DNA of 64,000 nt from Candidatus Woesearchaeota archaeon (GTDB lineage: Archaea > Nanobdellota > Nanobdellia > Woesearchaeales > UBA11576): the NCBI GenBank assembly GCA_018668595.1, contig JABJCP010000043.1:36490-100489 (forward strand), given 5' to 3'. A program made the position numbers and the translations under genes. Shown one piece after another: positions 60,987 through 64,000 of this stretch; within the stretch, counting starts at the first letter, position 1, and every line of letters begins with the position of its first letter. The notes below the pieces were generated by a model that was given only the letters and a program-made list of their open reading frames with translations, was not told where the DNA came from and ran no database searches.

Positions 60987-63900
60987 ATGGTTAAAAGGGG
61001 TAGTCATAGTAAATATATTAGTAATATTTGTATTTTTCTAATTTATCTTGTAATCACATTACCTATTTGTGGTGCTTCTGTTTATGGTTCAATCCATAAT
61101 TCTTCTATTAAAGGTCAAGATAATGTTAATAGTTATCGTAAAGTTGATGACATTACTCAAATTGATATTGAGTTGGATATTCCTGGAGATCCTAGCCTCG
61201 ACCCTAGTCAAATAAAATTACTTAACAAACCGTCAAAGTTTTTTGAATGTTTGTGGTTAAATACTACTAACAGATTTTCATGTTCATTAATTATTTACGA
61301 ACTTATTCAGCCAGGTATCCATAGTTATCAAGTTCAAATTTTTGATGATGCAGGCGAACCTATGGATGCTGCAACAAACCTTAATTTTGTCGTCGATAAC
61401 CTTCCTCCGAGCATTCAAAAATTTGATCTTATTACTAATGAGTCTGGGGTATTTGCTAATTTTTCTATAATGGATCTTGGATGTGCAACTTGTGGTCCTA
61501 ATTGTGCAGGTCCTGCAAAAGCTAATTTTTTGATAAACTATAAAGAAATTGGTTCAATGCCTTTGAGTAAAACTAATGGTAGTTGTTTGTTTCAAGGTCT
61601 TACAAAACTTGAAATTGGTTCAAGCGAGGGCATTATTGAAACTAAAACTATTTGTATTGATGCATTTGATAAATTAGGCCATAGATCTGAAACTTGTAAA
61701 GAAATTACTATTGATCTTAAACCTCCTCAGCTTATTGATATGAATTTGATTTATGGTGGAGTTCCTATTAAGTTTACTAAAGGAGATCCTTTAATGAACG
61801 TCGAACTTGTAGTAGAATTGTTTGATGATTCGGTTTTAGATATTGAAAGTTTAACAATGGATCTTTCTCAGATCAATGAACGTCCAGAATATCAAGATAA
61901 ATATAATAAAATTACTACAAAACCTGGAATGATTGTATTTGATAACTGTTTTAATGGGTCTGATTATTTTAGTCCAAATCATAAAAATAATATTTCTGGA
62001 AATATTAATTGTACTTGGAACAGTATAGTATTTTATTATTCTCAAGAAATTCCGCCAACAGTTCCTTTTTTTATTAAAGATTCTAATAATCTTATCTTAA
62101 ACACTACATTTACACTTCCTATTGTTGTTGATAAAACTAAACCAGTTGTTGACGCATTTGAGTCAAATCTAAAAGATGATATTGGAAGAAGTTGGATTGG
62201 TTTAGAACCTATTGATTTTCGTTCAGCAATTATTGAAAATGATAGTGGTTTGAAAAATAAACTTCTTGTTTTAGATTTTACGAGTTTTGGTGAACAAAAT
62301 GTCACTAGTGGTTCTCCTTTTTTCTTAAGACCTAATAATTGTACACCTAGTTGGGAATGTGTTTGGAAAAATATTAAAATTGATAATGATGATTTAGAAT
62401 CTGGAGATATTCTTGATTTAAGATTTGTTTCTCCGTCGCAAGATGATGCAGGTAATCCTCTTACAGGTCAAACTTCTGTTGCTGTTCATTTTGATCCTAC
62501 TCCTCCAGAGCTCGTTGAAGGATCTATTCAAAAACCTTATGTTTGTCCAGTTGCAGGCGAAACTATTTTATTTGAATTTAATGTTTCTGAAAAACTTTCC
62601 GGCGGAGTGAATGTTTTATTTGATGCTTCAAATATTTCTTTAGCTTCTTATCCTAGTGAAGGTGAATGTGAAAAAATTGAAGGTAAATATGGTATGTGGC
62701 ATTGTAGTTTTGAGGTTGATGATTTAGTATCTTATGGATTAAGTAGTGAAATAAACGTTACTATATTTGATGCTGCAGGAAATAAAAATGAGTTTATAAT
62801 TGAGCAGGAAGTTTGTGAAACTGCTATTGGTGCTCCACCTAATTGTGTTGCGATTTATCCTGGAGAAATAAAACCTGCTCAGGGTATTGATCGTAGAATT
62901 GCATCTCAGATTTCTTATCCTATTTTTTTAAGTCCTACTTTAAATGTTAATTGTCCTAATGCTCAGATTCAAAAGATCATGATTCTGTCATGCAGTATTG
63001 ATGGTGGTTTTGTTTCAAATCAATATATAATGAATGAATATGGAAATGGATTTGAATTTACAAATCCTCTTATTAGTACAAAAGTAGGCCTTGATGGTGG
63101 ACTTAATGAATCTTCAGGAAATTCAGCAAAACTTTCTTGTCAACTTGATATGATTATTAAGGCAGGCACTAAAATTTATCAAGTTCCTGAATCAGATAAT
63201 TTAACAATAGATATTCCATTATACAATCTTGCTCTTGGAGATCTTGATGAAACCTTGACAAAAAAGATTGACAATGTTCAAGATGATATTGATGACACTG
63301 AAGAATTCATTAGTGATTGGGAAGATGGTTTTGAGTTTTTATTTTATATGTGTACTATTGCTGAAATCTTAGCAGAACTTGTGGCAGCAGCTCAAGCAAT
63401 TAAAGTTGTTCTTGGTGCTATTTTATATGTGCTTGGATTAATTTTTGATTTTGCAACTACGTTATATTCAAAACTTTGTTATATTGTAGAATTAATTAGT
63501 TTAATTGTTCTTTCTATTGCTTGGACTCCTACTATTTTAGGTCCTCTTCCAGATGGATTAGGAGATTACCTTCTTAATTTAGGAATGTGGATTAGAATTG
63601 TTTGTACTTTCACGACGTGTAGAATTGGAGAAACTAAAGGATTAATTAATGCTGCTGCACAATTAGGTAGTGATTATGATCCTAATCACAAACCTTATGG
63701 TAATGCATTTAGTAATATTATGAAATATGATTGGGATCCTTATCGTAGTGAACCTATTTCTTGGGCTACAATGTGTTGGCCAGGAGTAATTTATGCTAAA
63801 AAAAAGCATCGTCAATTGCTTTGTATGAAAAAGAAATGTTATATGGATGCTGCTGCTAATGGTATGCCTGTTGATGCTTGTGATACTATGTATAATGTTC

Positions 63901-64000
63901 GTGAATGTGTTTATGTTGATGGTGCTGCATTAAAATATGTTAAAAATCATAGGTATCAAGCAGCTGTAAGTAAATACATGTGGGCGATTTTTAAAGAAGC
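60987..64000 (+). CDS. Very large secreted/surface protein (>1004 aa, truncated by window end; absent from ORF track)
   Basis: ATG 60987, signal peptide, Ig-like repeats (DNLPP, DLKPP, DKTKP, DPTPP; DDAGN, DAAGN), then coiled coil, hydrophobic hairpin and Cys-rich region; same frame coding at both ends, and the ORF track would have listed it had it contained a stop. Confidence 0.85.
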   Translation, partial: MVKRGSHSKYISNICIFLIYLVITLPICGASVYGSIHNSSIKGQDNVNSYRKVDDITQIDIELDIPGDPSLDPSQIKLLNKPSKFFECLWLNTTNRFSCSLIIYELIQPGIHSYQVQIFDDAGEPMDAATNLNFVVDNLPPSIQKFDLITNESGVFANFSIMDLGCATCGPNCAGPAKANFLINYKEIGSMPLSKTNGSCLFQGLTKLEIGSSEGIIETKTICIDAFDKLGHRSETCKEITIDLKPPQLIDMNLIYGGVPIKFTKGDPLMNVELVVELFDDSVLDIESLTMDLSQINERPEYQDKYNKITTKPGMIVFDNCFNGSDYFSPNHKNNISGNINCTWNSIVFYYSQEIPPTVPFFIKDSNNLILNTTFTLPIVVDKTKPVVDAFESNLKDDIGRSWIGLEPIDFRSAIIENDSGLKNKLLVLDFTSFGEQNVTSGSPFFLRPNNCTPSWECVWKNIKIDNDDLESGDILDLRFVSPSQDDAGNPLTGQTSVAVHFDPTPPELVEGSIQKPYVCPVAGETILFEFNVSEKLSGGVNVLFDASNISLASYPSEGECEKIEGKYGMWHCSFEVDDLVSYGLSSEINVTIFDAAGNKNEFIIEQEVCETAIGAPPNCVAIYPGEIKPAQGIDRRIASQISYPIFLSPTLNVNCPNAQIQKIMILSCSIDGGFVSNQYIMNEYGNGFEFTNPLISTKVGLDGGLNESSGNSAKLSCQLDMIIKAGTKIYQVPESDNLTIDIPLYNLALGDLDETLTKKIDNVQDDIDDTEEFISDWEDGFEFLFYMCTIAEILAELVAAAQAIKVVLGAILYVLGLIFDFATTLYSKLCYIVELISLIVLSIAWTPTILGPLPDGLGDYLLNLGMWIRIVCTFTTCRIGETKGLINAAAQLGSDYDPNHKPYGNAFSNIMKYDWDPYRSEPISWATMCWPGVIYAKKKHRQLLCMKKKCYMDAAANGMPVDACDTMYNVRECVYVDGAALKYVKNHRYQAAVSKYMWAIFKE

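Overview
AT-rich archaeal chromosomal segment, most likely DPANN (Nanobdellota/Woesearchaeota-like; inferred from gene content, not measured). Core informational genes: PCNA, RFC-S, MCM with a 445-aa LAGLIDADG intein, TBP, TFE, pelota, PAN, TyrRS, PheRS alpha/beta, rpl34e, rpl14e and two TrmB paralogs. It also carries bacterial-type pta-ackA, peptidases, a five-gene surface-protein cluster and a >1000-aa secreted protein running off the right end. No rRNA, tRNA, CRISPR array or transposase was recognised. Two candidate undescribed systems stand out. (1) Two neighbouring, dissimilar GNAT genes are each preceded by an unannotated GGAGG-led short ORF containing TGY-CCC-T (Cys-Pro), where a +1 slip enters the GNAT frame, suggesting programmed +1 frameshifting or leader-peptide control; a double-Lrp regulator sits divergently beside them. 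(2) A family-B polymerase homologue with intact exonuclease motifs but no polymerase aspartates is paired head-to-head with an 821-aa Cas4/AddB-like Fe-S nuclease.
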